Positions 10,029-22,391 of a DNA stretch of 64,000 nucleotides are shown piece after piece. The stretch is from NCBI GenBank assembly GCA_963798385.1, contig CAWCTE010000006.1, forward strand, positions 18,646 through 82,645, read 5' to 3'. Under the pieces are notes generated by a model. The model searched no databases. It had not been told where the DNA came from and saw only the letters and a list, made by a program, of their open reading frames with translations. Every line of letters begins with the position of its first letter. Within the stretch, counting starts at the first letter, position 1. The DNA comes from an uncultured Alphaproteobacteria bacterium (lineage in GTDB: Bacteria > Pseudomonadota > Alphaproteobacteria > Rhodobacterales > Rhodobacteraceae). The position numbers and the translations under genes are program-made.

Positions 10029-11540
10029 GTGACCGATCCGGCCGCCCTGGCGCCCGAGGCGTCCCGCTACCTGCGGCCGGCGCGCCGGACGCCTGCGCAG
10101 GAGACCCCCGTGGGCGCGGCGGTTGCGCCCCAGGCGACCGCGCCGCGCCTGCTGGCGCTCTTCATGCTGGTCCTGCTCCTGCCGCTCAACTTCAGCCTCG
10201 GCTCGCTCAGCCTCAGCCCGATCCGGGTGATGCTGCTCCTCGCCTTCGTGCCGCTGGTCTTCCGCTGGATCACCGGGGCCGCGGGTCGCATCACCACGGG
10301 CGATGTCTTCATCACCCTGCACTGCCTCTGGGTCGGCCTGGCCCTGATCGCCGTGCATGGCCCGGATCGCATTCCGTTCGTCGGGATCACCATCGTCGAG
10401 ATCTTCGGAAGCTACCTCCTGGGGCGGCTCCTCATCCGCAACGTGACGGACTATCGGCTCCTCTTCCGCTATTTCCTCATCGCGCTGGCAATCCTTGCCC
10501 CCTTCGTGCTGGTGGAGATGGTGACCTCGCGCCTGGTGATCAGCGAGATTCTGGGCCGCGTGGCGGCCACGCATCCCAAGGTGCAGGCCGGCTCCGCGGA
10601 TATGCGAATGGGACTCTTTCGCGCCCAGGCGGTGTTCGAACATCCGATCCTCTGGGGGCTCTTCTGCTCGCTGGGGATCGCCAACGTCTTTTACATCTAC
10701 CGGGAGAAGTTCGCCCGAAGCGTCATTCTGACCGGCTTCGTCACCGGCATGACCTTCACCAGCCTGTCGTCGGGCCCGCTGCTTACCGCAGCGGTCCAGC
10801 TCGGCACCATCGGCTGGGGCTGGATCACCCGGAACGCTTGGTGGGTGCTCATCGGCTTCGCGGTGCTCGGCTACGTGGCGATCGACCTCATGTCCAACCG
10901 CACCCCGGTTCAGGTACTGATCACCTATCTGACCTTCAACTCCGCCTCGGCCTACTGGCGGCTGCTCATCTGGGACTTCGGCAGCGCCGAGGTTCTGCGG
11001 CATCCGATCTTCGGTCTCGGGCTCAACGACTGGGCCCGACCCGACTGGATGTATACGGCCTCGGTCGACAACTTCTGGCTGCTGACCGCGATGCGCTACG
11101 GCCTGCCGGCCTTCCTGCTTCTGGCCGCAGGCATCGTAACAAACCTCGTTCAGATCGTCCGGGCGGACCTTTCCGACGGCCTCGCCGATTGCCGCCGGGG
11201 CCACGTGATCGCCTTGGTCGGCCTCGCCATAACACTCTGCACCGTTCACGCCTGGGGCGCGACCTTCGTCTTCGTGATGTTCTACATCGGCGCCGGCAGC
11301 TGGCTCTTCACCGGAATGGTGGCCGAACCGGTCGGAGCGACGGAGCGGGCCGCGATCCGGGGTCCGACGCGACCCCCGCGAGCACCGGCTCGGGGCGTCC
11401 CCGCCGATCCCGGCGAAGCGGCGATCCCCGATGCCGTGGCGGCGCGGAGCTCCCGGGGCGGACCCACCGAAGCCGAGCGCCTGGCGCGCCGGCGCGCGCA
11501 ATATTCGGGAAGTGGCCGCGACGGCCGCCGAACCGGCTGA
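10029..11540 (+). CDS. O-antigen ligase / Wzy-like polymerase
   Basis: About 12 hydrophobic segments; RAQAVFEHPIL, HPIFGLG, SVDNFWL motifs; start codon uncertain. Confidence 0.75.
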   Translation: MTDPAALAPEASRYLRPARRTPAQETPVGAAVAPQATAPRLLALFMLVLLLPLNFSLGSLSLSPIRVMLLLAFVPLVFRWITGAAGRITTGDVFITLHCLWVGLALIAVHGPDRIPFVGITIVEIFGSYLLGRLLIRNVTDYRLLFRYFLIALAILAPFVLVEMVTSRLVISEILGRVAATHPKVQAGSADMRMGLFRAQAVFEHPILWGLFCSLGIANVFYIYREKFARSVILTGFVTGMTFTSLSSGPLLTAAVQLGTIGWGWITRNAWWVLIGFAVLGYVAIDLMSNRTPVQVLITYLTFNSASAYWRLLIWDFGSAEVLRHPIFGLGLNDWARPDWMYTASVDNFWLLTAMRYGLPAFLLLAAGIVTNLVQIVRADLSDGLADCRRGHVIALVGLAITLCTVHAWGATFVFVMFYIGAGSWLFTGMVAEPVGATERAAIRGPTRPPRAPARGVPADPGEAAIPDAVAARSSRGGPTEAERLARRRAQYSGSGRDGRRTG

Positions 11541-11555
11541 GAGTACGAGGATCCG

Positions 11556-13360
11556 ATGCTTGACATGGTAAGAAAGCTCTTCCTGCTTCTCAACGCGAGA
11601 GAACGCCAGAGGTTCTACGCCGTGATGATGCTGGCACTCGTCAGCGGCATGCTCGAAATGGTAAGCGTCGCAGCAATCCTGCCCTTCCTCGCGGTGCTGT
11701 CCGATCCCACCCGGGTCGAGACACACGCCCTTCTTCACCGGATCTACGACGGGCTCGGCTTCACCACGACGATCGACTTCCTGGTCTTCCTCAGCCTCTG
11801 TGTGCTCGGGCTCGTTATTCTCAGCCTCTGCGTCCGGCTGGTCACGATCTACGCCATCGCCCGCTTCGCCAACATGCGGGCCTACAGCCTCTCGAGCCGG
11901 CTGATGGAGAACTACCTGCGCCAGCCCTATCCCTGGTTTTTGAGCCGCAACGGCGCGCACCTCTCCAAGGTGATCCTCGTCGAGGTGCAGCGGGTGGTGA
12001 ACGAGGCGATCATGCCGGTGATGCTGACCCTCTCGCAATTCGCTCTGGTGCTGTCGCTTTTCGGCCTGCTCCTGGTGGTAGAGCCGACGATCGCGCTCCT
12101 CGCGGTGGTGCTCTTCGGCGGCAGCTATGTGCTGGTCTTCATCCTCGCCCGCCGGGCGCTGGCACAAATCGGCAGCGTCATCCTTGCCTCGAACGGCGAG
12201 CGCTTCAAGGCGGTGCACGAAGCGATGTCCTCGATCAAGGACGTGAAGATCCTCGGGGTCGAGCGGACCTTCCTCGAGCGATTCCGCAAACCCACCGGCG
12301 AGATGGCGATGGTCTCTTCGCGTGCCGCCGTCATCGGTGAGGCGCCGCGCTCGATCCTGCAGGCGCTGGCGCTCGCCGGCATGCTGGTGCTGATCCTGCA
12401 CCTGCTCGTCAACCGCTCGGGTTCGCTCAACGATATCGTGCCGACCCTGGGAATCTTCGCCTTCGCCGGCCTCCGGCTCTTTCCGGCGCTGCAGACGATC
12501 TACCGCCAGATCGGGTCGCTGAAGGTGACCCAAGCCCGCGGTCGACGAGCTCTTCGCCGACATGATGGAGACCGAGGCCCAGGCGATGAGCCTGGCCGAA
12601 GGACCGCGCCCCCCTCCCCCTCGACCACCAGCTCGAGCTCGACGGCATCAGCTACGCCTATCCGGAGGCCAGCCGCACCGCGCTCCACGGCCTCGACCTC
12701 ACCGTCCCCGCCCGCACCTCTATCGGCATCGTCGGCGGCACCGGCGCCGGCAAGACCACGCTCGTTGACATCATGCTCGGCTTGCTCTGGCCCGAAGAGG
12801 GCTCGATCCGGGTCGACGGGGTGCCGGTCACCCGGGAGAACCTGCGCGCCTGGCAGAAGAACATCGGCTACGTGCCGCAGCAGATCTCGCTGGTCGACGA
12901 CACGGTCGCCGCCAACATCGCCTTCGGCATCCCGACCGAACGGATCGAAATGGCCGCCGTCGAGCGCGCCGCACGGATCGCCGAGCTGCACGACTTCGTC
13001 ATGAGCGAACTGCCGGAGGGCTACGAGACCCCGGTCGGTGACCACGGGGTGCGGCTCTCCGGCGGCCAGCGCCAGCGGGTCGGCATCGCCCGCGCCCTCT
13101 ATCACGACCCGGACATCCTGATCCTCGACGAGGCGACGAGCGCACTCGACAACCTCACCGAAAAGGCGGTGATGGACGCGGTGCATAACCTCGGCCAAGC
13201 CAAGACCATTATCATGATCGCCCACCGGCTGAGCACGGTGCAGGGCTGCGACACCATCATCATGATCGAGCACGGCCAGATCGTGGCCCAGGGAACCTAT
13301 GCGGACCTCCTGGGCAAGAACGCCAAGTTCCGGGCGATGGCCGGTGCCGCGTCCTTCTGA
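11556..13360 (+). CDS. ABC transporter permease/ATPase, PglK-like glycan flippase (frameshifted near 12535-12620)
   Basis: TM domain followed by GGTGAGKTT Walker A (alternate frame), LSGGQRQR signature and ILILDEATSALD. Confidence 0.85.
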
Positions 13361-13375
13361 GGCCGCAAGAGAGCG

Positions 13376-14460
13376 ATGAAAGACCTGAGGATGAGCCCGG
13401 AAGGCCGCCTGGCGTTAGGAAGCTGGCCCGGCGTCGAGTCCGACCACAATCGTTTTCTACCCATCCTGCTTGACGCGCTGGAGACAGAAGGTGTCCGGGT
13501 CAAGAGCTTTCCCGGCAGCGCGGATATCGATCTCACCGGATTAGACGCGCTTCTCGTCCACTGGCCAGACAAGGTATTCTGGGAAGCCCGCAGCTCGCGT
13601 CGAAGCCGCAAACCTGATGGCGCGCCTCGTTGCGAAGCTCGCCACCCGGCCGCGGAGAACCAAGCTTGTCTGGATGGTACACGACCTCCGGCCGCACGAC
13701 GGGCGCTGGTTCAAGCGCCTTACCTGGCCCTCCTATGCCGCCGTGATGGCCCGGCTCGCCGATGCTTCGCTCACCCTTTCCGAGGGCACCCGCGCGGCCG
13801 TCGCCGCGGCCTATCCGGCGCTCGGCCGCAAACCGATGGAGCACCTCTGGCATCCTGCCTATCCGGACGAGGCGCTTACCCCCGCGGCCCGGACGACAGC
13901 TCGCGCAGGTTTCGGCTGGACAGGAGACGAGCGGGTCTACGGCTACTGCGGCCAGATCCGGCCCTACAAGGGCGTCGAGGATCTGATCACTGCCTTCATG
14001 GGACTCGCCGACCAGAATGCCCGTCTCCTGATCGCGGGACGCCCGCAGAACGCCGCCCTCGCGGAAGCCCTGCGCAGCCTCAGCCGCGAGCGACCCGCGC
14101 ATCCGCCTTGCGCTCGAAGACCTGACCCCCGAGGCGTTCCGAAGCAGCCTCGGCGCCTGCGACCTCGTGGTCGCACCCTTCCGAGACTATCTGCACTCGG
14201 GCTCGATTGTGCATGCGCTGAGCGCCGGTCGGCCCGTGCTCACGCCCGCAACTCCTTACGCGACCAGCCTCGCGGTCGAGCTTGGGCACCGGATTGGCTG
14301 CAGACCTATGAGGGCCGCTCACCCCCGCGACGCTCGCCGGCGCTCCGGTCCCCGCGACGGCGCTCGACCTCGGGCCGCTGGCGCCGGAAGTCGCCGCCCG
14401 GCGCCTCAGGCTTCCTCGAGAGCCTGACCGGCCGCCCTGTCCGCCCAAGAAAGCCTGATA
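13376..14460 (+). CDS. Glycosyltransferase family 4 (several frameshifts; 3' end approximate)
   Basis: Fragments LLVHWPD, VWMVHDLRPH, GQIRPYKGVEDL, DLVVAPFRDYLHSGSIVHALSAGRPVL. Confidence 0.75.
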
Positions 14461-14503
14461 ATAAAAAGCGACCGCCTGCCCCTCGTAGCCGAGGGGCAGG
14501 CGG
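14461..14503 (-). terminator. Intrinsic terminator between convergent genes
   Basis: 14-bp stem CCGCCTGCCCCTCG/CGAGGGGCAGGCGG with a T-run on the minus strand. Confidence 0.75.
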
Positions 14504-14534
14504 CGTGAAGGTCCCACGAACTGGTTCCGGCTCC

Positions 14535-17500
14535 TTACGAGCGGATTTGGTTCTTCGGGTCGTACCAGGTCTTCCAGGCCGTGGCGGCCGGGCCGATCTT
14601 GGGATACTGGCCCCGGACGATCACGTCATGGAAGCGGTCGAAGCGCCGACCGGCTGCCCGCCGTAGGCCCAGTGGGTCGGCTTCCCGTCGACCGGCCGCA
14701 TATCGTAGAACGACGATGCCATGTAGGGGGCCGTGTAGTAGGCAAGCGACGCCGTGTGATCGGTATTCGTCATCGGGATGTTGAGGCCGTTCGCGCCCAT
14801 GACGTATTGCCTGCATAGCCGCACTGGACATTGTAGGCGAGCTCTGTCCCCCCGTGGATTGAGACCTGGATGGTATGCTGGTCGCCGGGTATGTCGATGC
14901 AGCGGAGCACCGTGTTGTACCGCGCCGTGATACCGGTCATCCCGGACTCGGTCGTGATGCCGTGAAAGCTGTTCGAGCAGAAGAAGTTGTCGTGAAGATC
15001 CAGCCGGACCCGAGGACTGCCGCCGAACAATGACTGCCGCGGGAGCATAGCGAGCCCGGGACACCGGCGCCGCCCATGACCATGTGGACGTTGCCGACGA
15101 CCTCCAGATCCACACCGACGCTGCCGCCGGAGTAGAGCTGGATGAAGTCGCCGTGGTCCCAGCCCGTAGATGAGTCCCACGTCGGATAATAGCGCCGGGC
15201 GTCCCAGTTTCGATAGAACTTGTTCCGGTGGCCCCAACCGTGGTGCATGAAGTCGCCCCCCGCATTCTCGCCGACGTTGTCGGAGATCTCGCAGTCCATT
15301 GCGCCGTTAATGTAGACGCCCTTGCCGCACGGACCCGAGATCAGGTTCATGTGAACCCGGCAGCCCGCGGGGCGCGGGATCCTTGTTGTTGATCTCGATG
15401 GCAAAGCTGACATTGTAGACCCAGCCGTTGCCGGACGCCGGGACAATGCCCCCGACATAGATGCGGCTGTACTCGATGCCGCAATTGGTCGCCGGCGCCA
15501 TCTTGACACCATAGCTGGAGGCGCCCCCGATCGTGCGGTCCACATCGACCAGCTGGAAGGTGATGTTCCGGCATCCGGACAACTCGATGCCGCTGAACTT
15601 CGCCCCGAGGGCCTGGTCCTGGGACCGAAGAACGGTCTTGCCCGGTAGCTGTCTGCCGCTGAGGTTCAGGATGCCATAGTTGCCGCTCGGCAGGTCGATG
15701 ATCCAGGTATCCGTCGAACCCGCCTAGATGCGGGAGTCGAGGGCAGCCTTCAGCGCCGTCTGGTTGGCCGCCAAGAGAACCTGGTTTGCAGTCGGGAGGC
15801 TTGCATCAGTCTCTTCGTCGGGACCGCGCTGTCGAACTTCGCTGGAACCTCCAGCGCCTCGGTGACCGTCCCGTTCGCCAGCTCGCGCCAGTACAGGTAC
15901 AGATACTGGGTGACGCCCTCCTTGCCGCCGTTCGCGCTGTCCCAAGTCGCGTCAGCCCGGCCATCGTAGGACTCGAGGCCCGGCAGGGTGCGAATATTCA
16001 CCGCGAAGCTGAGGCTCGGGTTCTCCTCAGCTCCGGATGAGCAGGAGTTCGTGCGTCTTGGGGATGGTGATCCCAGCCTTCAGAACGGTGCGAGCTCGCT
16101 GGATGTTCGCCCCGAGCGCGGAGCTGTAGATGACCCCGCCATCAGCCGCCGGCACACCCTTGAACTCGATCAGGTCGGGGGTGATGAACCCCGGATCGGT
16201 TGGGCCATTTGCCTCGATGGTCAGAAGGAAGCTTGCCTCGACCGAGCCGCCAGAATTTGTGGCGGTGACCGTGACTTCGGCCGAGAGCGCGGTCTCGGTG
16301 GAGATGGTTAGCACCCCCGTTGCCGTATCGATCCCGACGTCGGCGCCGGTGACCGAGAAGCTGAGGTTCTCGCCGGTGAAGACCAGCGCTGTGTCGATGG
16401 TCTGAACGCCCGGGCCTTGGTCAAAGATCTCCTCGGCGAGATCGCCCACGCGCGTCGGTGCGGCATAGGTCACGGTGAGCGCCGCGGTCTCGACGGCGAC
16501 GCTGCCAGCCTTGTTCACCGCCGTCACCCGGCAGCTCAGCGCGCAGCGGTCATCCCTGGGAACCGGCACGTAGGACGCCGCGGTCGCCCCGTCGATCTCG
16601 ACGCCGTTGCGCAGCCACTGCAGCGCCAGCACCGGCAGCGGCAGGCCGCTCCAGAGGCCGGTCCCGACGGTGAGCTCGCTGCCGATCGTGGCCGCGCCCT
16701 TGAGCGCGGGGGCGGCGATCATCGCCGGCGCCACCGGAATGATCTCGATCTCCGTGACGGTCAGAAGGAAGCTCGCGTCGGCCGAGCCCCCGGAGTTCGT
16801 AGCGGTGACCGTGACGGTCTCGCCGTCCCGTACCGCATCGGTCGGAAGGGTAAGGACGCCCGTCTTCGGGTCGATCTCGGCGCCGCCGCCGGCGACCGCG
16901 AAGTGCAGGCCCTCGCCGGCGAAGGCCGCCGCCGCCGCCACGCTTACCAGGTCCGCGCCCTTCTTGACGGCGACGTCGGCGAGTACATCGACCAACCTCG
17001 GCGCCGCCCAGATCACCCGGACCGCCTCCGGTTCGGCCGAGAGCGCGCCCGAGGCGTTAACCGCCGTCACCCGGCAGGTGATCTCCTGGCCGTCGTCGGC
17101 GGCCTGCGGCGCATAGGCAGCGCCGGTCTCGCCTTCGATCTCGGCGCCGTCGCGCAACCACTGCAGCGCGATCGCCGGCACCGGCTGACCGCCCCAGGTC
17201 CCGGGCACCACCTCGAGCGCGTCGCCGACGAAGCCGCTACCCCTGAGCTCGGGCGCGGTCAGGAGCACCGGGGCAGAGGCCTCCGGAGCGGCGGCGATGT
17301 TGAGCTTGAACGATTGCGCCTCGCCGCCATTCACCGGCTGCGCGGTAACGGTAATCGTGAAGCCGGCGCGGAGTGTCTCGGGGCTGAGGCCGAGCTCGCC
17401 GGTGGCGGAATCGAAACTCACCCCTTCGCCGGCCACGCTGAATCTCAGCGCCGAACCCTGAAAGAAAGACGATACGTTCAAGACGTGAACTCCTGACGTT

Positions 17501-17553
17501 TGGATCATAGAATTCGGATCGGGCCTAAACACAACCCGTTCAAAATCACTCAA
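14535..17553 (-). pseudogene. Large Ig/cadherin-like repeat + right-handed beta-helix protein, multiply disrupted
   Basis: N-terminal 508 aa intact with duplicated modules (QWLRxG..CRVTAVN; TVTATNSGGS). The C-terminal half can be threaded through about six frameshifts and an in-frame TAG at 15724-15726 (IDLPSGNYG, HGDFIQ, HDNFF, NTVLR). Confidence 0.7.
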
Positions 17554-18017
17554 GATTTACGAAAAATAGGTTCATGCCAACCGAACTGAGGCCGGCCGAC
17601 CACGAACCCTCACTTGTAGACGGAGCGGGTTAAAGAACCCGATCCGACACGCACGGTCCGGCGAGATTTCGGCAACACCGCGCGGCGGTGATCGCCGGCC
17701 AATCGTTCGTTTTCCAACCCGGGCGGCGACCCTTCACCCGCTGGCGAATCCGCTCTATGCAAGACAACGCAATCTGCGCCGGGCCGCGCCAGAATCAATG
17801 GTGAACCCGGAAGGCACCAGAGCCGATAGGACAATTGTCACATGAATCAGTACCGGATCAGCTGTGCCGCCAATGTCCGGAGCATGATCAGTCTTGATGA
17901 CATACAGGCGCGACGCCGGCCGGGGAATAGCGATACCCGATCAGACGAGTTGGAGGGGCAACCCGAACGCCCGCCCATCCGCGAAGGCAAGTCCGGCGCA
18001 TACCAACCGCAGATTTC

Positions 18018-19277
18018 ATGCGCATTGTAGTTCTGGATAGCTTACGCGGCCTTTTTGCGGTGGCAATCGTTCTACTGCACGGCCCGTTCCAAGGTTATAT
18101 CCATTACAATGCCTTCATTGAGAACAGTGCGGTCTTTGTTGACTTCTTTTTCGTACTGAGTGGTTTCGTGATCGCCCTCGCCTATGGCGAGCGAGTGCGC
18201 ACCAGCCGCGGCCTCGCCGGCTTCCTGATCCGGCGGACTGGGCGGCTCTGGCCATTCCACCTTTTCGTGCTCCTGCTGTTCTTGCTGGTTTTGGCGGCCA
18301 AGCTTATCGCAGATCGCCTCGGCCTGTTCTCGCCAGACCTGCTCTATTCCATTCCCGAGATCCAACGTTACGCCCTCGAGAATATCTTCCTCGTGCAAGC
18401 CTTTCGCAACGACACCGTCTTCTGGCTGAACTTTCCATCTTGGAGCATCAGCGTCGAGTTTTGGGTCTATGTCGTCTTCGGAATCCTCTGCCTGATGCCG
18501 CGCCTTCTACCTCTCGCGGCCGTGGCCATTATGCTAATCACTACCCTCGTCATCCTGAAAGTGTTCGATCCGGGTTTTGGCCACTTCTTCGGAGATGGAC
18601 TCTTTCGCGGCTTTAGCTATTTCTTCCTCGGTTACTTCACCTGCGTGCTCTGGCGCCGCATTGGGCACTACCAGTTGCCGGTGCCGCATCTCCTGGAAAC
18701 CGGCTTGATTGTCATGGTGATCTGGCAGGTCACATTCCCCTCGAACTCTCCGCTGACCTTCTATCTGTTGCCCATGACCTTCGCCGTGACGATCTTGGTT
18801 TTTTCCTTCGAGGCGGGGCTGGTGTCCCGGCTTCTCAAGACCCGGCCGTTTCTTGTGCTTGGTTCGCTATCGTTCTCCATCTACATGATCCATGTCTTAG
18901 TCTACAGCACCCTCGGCATCCTGCTTCGTATGGTGGAGCGTTTCTTGCATCTCGAACTGCATTCTCCGGATTTGCGGAACCCGGCGGCCAACGATCTCGT
19001 CGATTTTGGATCCCCGATCATGAATGATTTGGTCATGGTAGCCGTCACGGGCCTCGTAGTGGTCTGCGCTTCCTTGACCTATCGACTGATCGAGATCCCC
19101 GGACAGAAGTTGGCGCGTGACATTGCGCGGAACCTCGAATCCCGCTCGGGCGCAGAGCAACTGAGTAGCCCGTTCAGCCCGCCTCTCCGAGCAGCCGGTC
19201 GAAATACCCGATCGTGCGCTCGAGACCCTGCGTCGAGCGCCACCGTCGGCTGCCAGTCGAGGAGCCGCTTCGCCTGA
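18018..19277 (+). CDS. Acyltransferase-3 (OafA-like) membrane O-acyltransferase
   Basis: [54 protein letters not shown]. Confidence 0.92.
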   Translation: MRIVVLDSLRGLFAVAIVLLHGPFQGYIHYNAFIENSAVFVDFFFVLSGFVIALAYGERVRTSRGLAGFLIRRTGRLWPFHLFVLLLFLLVLAAKLIADRLGLFSPDLLYSIPEIQRYALENIFLVQAFRNDTVFWLNFPSWSISVEFWVYVVFGILCLMPRLLPLAAVAIMLITTLVILKVFDPGFGHFFGDGLFRGFSYFFLGYFTCVLWRRIGHYQLPVPHLLETGLIVMVIWQVTFPSNSPLTFYLLPMTFAVTILVFSFEAGLVSRLLKTRPFLVLGSLSFSIYMIHVLVYSTLGILLRMVERFLHLELHSPDLRNPAANDLVDFGSPIMNDLVMVAVTGLVVVCASLTYRLIEIPGQKLARDIARNLESRSGAEQLSSPFSPPLRAAGRNTRSCARDPASSATVGCQSRSRFA

Positions 19278-20140
19278 CTGATGTCCGGCTGGCGCTGCAT
19301 CGGATCGTTCTCCGGCAGCGGCCGGATACACGATCTCCGACCGCGAGCCGGTCAGCGCCAGCACCTTCTCGGCCAGCTCGCGGATGGTGAACTCGCCGGG
19401 GTTGCCGAGGTTGACCGGCCCGGTCACCTCGTCGGGGCTCGCCATCAGCCGCAGGAACCCCTCGATCAGGTCGTCGACATAGCAGAAGCGAGCGGGTCTG
19501 GCTGCCGTCGCCGTAGAGGGTGATCGGCTCGCCCTTCAGCGCCTGCACGATGAAGTTCGACACCACCCGCCCGTCGTTGGGGTGCATCCGCGGCCCGTAG
19601 GTGTTGAAGATCCGCACCACCTTGATCCGCAGCTCGTGCTGCCGGTGATAGTCGAAGAACAGCGTCTCGGCGCAGCGCTTGCCCTCGTCGTAGCAGGAGC
19701 GCGGCCCGATCGGGTTGACGTTGCCCCAGTAGTCCTCGGTCTGCGGATGCACGCTCGGGTCGCCATAGACCTCGCTGGTCGAGGCCTGGAAGATCTTCGC
19801 CCGCACCCGCTTGGCGAGCCCCAGCATGTTGATCGCCCCGTGCACGGAGGTCTTCGTCGTCTGCACCGGGTCGAACTGGTAGTGGATCGGCGAGGCCGGG
19901 CAGGCGAGGTTGTAGATCTCGTCGACCTCGACGTAGAGCGGGAAGGTCACGTCGTGGCGCATCAGCTCGAAGCCCGGGTGCGTCCAGCAGGTGCGCGACG
20001 TTGGCCCGCCGGCCGGTGAAGAAGTTGTCGACGCAGAGCACCTCGTGCCCCTCGCCCACCAGCCGCTCGCAGAGATGGCTGCCGAGAAAACCCGCGCCGC
20101 CGGTGACCAGGACGCGCTTCGCCATCGTCATCGCACTCAT
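19174..20140 (-). CDS. uxs: UDP-glucuronate decarboxylase (UDP-xylose synthase), frameshifted
   Basis: [58 protein letters not shown]. Confidence 0.92.
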
Positions 20141-20228
20141 GTCCGCACTACTCCACTCGTTTCTTTGCCCGCCGCTGATACGGCCCACTCGTGCCTAACC
20201 TGCCCAACTCCCAAACCGGATTAACGGC

Positions 20229-20250
20229 GATGTTCCGCGCGCGGAACATC
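20229..20250. promoter_or_regulatory. parS-like palindrome copy 1
   Basis: Perfect 22-bp palindrome GATGTTCCGCGCGCGGAACATC; core repeated at 23840 and 24831. Confidence 0.75.
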
Positions 20251-20252
20251 CC

Positions 20253-20865
20253 TCAGGGCCGCCTGATCGCCCATTGCCGATCGTTCGCGCTCGAATAGAC
20301 CAGCCCGAAATCCGTCGCGGCGCAGAATTCCTCGATGGCCTGGCGCACACCGTAATGCACATGGCTCGGGTCATCCCGCCAGTCGTCCCCGCAGATGATG
20401 CCCTCGGGCCTCACCAGCGCCGCGGCCAAGGCCAGCTCCTTGACTGTCTGCTCGTAGGTATGGGTGGTATCAAAGTACATCCAGTCGAAATAACCCTCGG
20501 CGAACGTCGGCAGGATCTCAGGTCGTCGCCAATGTGGAGCACCACCGCGCCATCCGCGAGCGCGGCTTCGAGCCGCTTCATGATCCGGGTCAGTGCGTTG
20601 ACCGTCGAACGATCTCCTGCGCCCCAGTTCCATTTGACGGCCCAAGTGGTACCAGGGATCGATGATATGCAGCTTCCGGGGCTTAGTGATCTCACAGCAG
20701 AACCGGCGTGAAGTAACCCTTATGCACGCCGACTTCGGCCCCGATCCCGCCTTTTGGCAGTATGCTCTCCAGGAACCCTACCCGACCGGAGGGGCCGCGC
20801 TCGTCCGGGGGAAGGTCGAAGCCGATCTTCCGAGCAATCCGCCGGTCACAAGCGCACTCATGCAT
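20253..20865 (-). CDS. Class I SAM-dependent methyltransferase (Methyltransf_24-like), frameshifted
   Basis: GAEVGVHKGYF, LHIIDPW, FDWMYFDTTHTYE, GIICGDDW across three frames. Confidence 0.75.
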
Positions 20866-20908
20866 CACTCCCCACGCCTGAGCCGGCAAAGCCTGCCGGC
20901 TCAGCCCT

Positions 20909-22003
20909 CTAACATAACGAGGGTTGGCTGCAACCTGGCAGGGGCGCCCTCGGCTGAACGGATCTCCCGCTCCGGCCTTCTGCCCGCACCCGGGCGAAGG
21001 CCAGGAACGCCGCCTCCGGGCTGCGGATCTCCGGGCGCCCGCTCGAGAGCCAGAGCCGCCGCCACTCGGCCTCGAGCCAGTAGGGATCGGCCCCCGGCGC
21101 CACGCCGCGCACCCGCTCGAAGACCTCCGGGTCGAGCCGGGGCCCCTCCCCCGGCGCCGCCGCCAGCCGCGATCGCGCGCGCACCAGCACCAGGTCGCCC
21201 TCGATGAGATCCAGCGTGTAGTCCGGCAGCCCGTCCTCCTCGGCCATGTCGCGGATCATCTTGCGGAACACCCGCCGCGGGCTGGTCGACCCCGACTTCT
21301 TCAGGAGCGTCTCGAGCCCGATCTTCCACTCCGCCTGCCGGCCGCAATGCTTGCGGGCGATCTCGTAGACCCGCCGCTCCAGCGGCTTGCGGAGCCGGAA
21401 GTAGTCCTTGTGCAGCGTCAGCACCGATTCCGACACCACCGAGCGGTACATCCAGTCCGACAGCGTCACCGTCACCAGGATCATCCGGCCGCCCTTGGTC
21501 TTGCGCAGGATCTCCCAGGCGTCGATCAGCCCGAAGCCGCGGGTCGACTCCACCCCGCCGGTGGCGATGTTGGTGACGATCCGCGTCCCCGACAGCCGCT
21601 CCAGCGCCTCGCGCAGCCGCCGGTAGCTGTCGCCGCTGGTCTCCCGCTGGGTGGCGACCAGGAGGTCGTGGGCCTTGAGGTGCAGGACCGGCGAGGTCGG
21701 CCGCCCGGCCTTCAGCGCCGCCATCAGCTGGCTCACGCAGTAGATCAGCACGTCCTTGTCGTGGATCGTCGCCAGCCCCTTCACCGACGGCGTCACCTCG
21801 ATCACCGCGTCGCGGTGCTCGTAGCGCAGCACCCGCCGGTCCGGCCGGGTGGCGAGGCTGAACATCGGGTGCTCCATCGACGCCATGTCGTCCTTGGGCC
21901 AGCCCCAGGGCAGGTCGCAGATGAAGAAGTCGGCCATGGCTGCCGGCACGGGAACGCCCACGGATTTCCCGGCGGGCGCCGGCCTCTGCTCTCTCTGCCC
22001 CAT
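20909..22003 (-). CDS. repA: Plasmid replication initiator RepA (RPA family)
   Basis: KDDMASMEHPMFSL, GLATIHDKDVLIY, YFRLRKPLERRVYEIARKHCG; divergent from parAB. Confidence 0.9.
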   Translation of the reverse strand: MGQREQRPAPAGKSVGVPVPAAMADFFICDLPWGWPKDDMASMEHPMFSLATRPDRRVLRYEHRDAVIEVTPSVKGLATIHDKDVLIYCVSQLMAALKAGRPTSPVLHLKAHDLLVATQRETSGDSYRRLREALERLSGTRIVTNIATGGVESTRGFGLIDAWEILRKTKGGRMILVTVTLSDWMYRSVVSESVLTLHKDYFRLRKPLERRVYEIARKHCGRQAEWKIGLETLLKKSGSTSPRRVFRKMIRDMAEEDGLPDYTLDLIEGDLVLVRARSRLAAAPGEGPRLDPEVFERVRGVAPGADPYWLEAEWRRLWLSSGRPEIRSPEAAFLAFARVRAEGRSGRSVQPRAPLPGCSQPSLC

Positions 22004-22019
22004 GAAACGGTGGTCCGTT

Positions 22020-22250
22020 TTCTATCGTGGTTTCAGTGACACCCACGCTACGGACCTGTGGATAACGGCGCAATCGCCTTTTCGGGGTTCCGGAGTTGCC
22101 CGCCTCGTGGTTTCGGAATCGCCCTATCGTGGTTCCGGAATCGCCCGAGGCCCTCGCGGCCCCGATTCCGCCTTTTCCGCCAAGGTCTTGGCGACGACGC
22201 TCCCGCCCGTAACACAGATCTAACACCATACTAACACCGAAAAAAGTTGC
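22020..22250. other. Iteron-type replication origin
   Basis: Perfect DnaA box TGTGGATAA (22057-22065); about four iterons with core TCG(T/G)GGTTYC, three spaced 22-23 bp (22073-22139); AT-richer segment with three TAACAC repeats (22210-22240). Confidence 0.75.
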
Positions 22251-22391
22251 GGCGCCCCACCTTCCCCGGGCAAAACAGCCTCGAAACCCCGCGACTCTGC
22301 TGAGAAAATCGCCGCGCATCCCGGTTTCGCTTCCATGTACCGCGAATCGTGCTACATTGCCGAAAACGCGGCATATGAGGCCCGAGCAGCC

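Noticed and set aside
15724-15726. In-frame TAG as pyrrolysine or readthrough
   Set aside because: It is surrounded by frameshifts in the same gene and no recoding machinery is visible.
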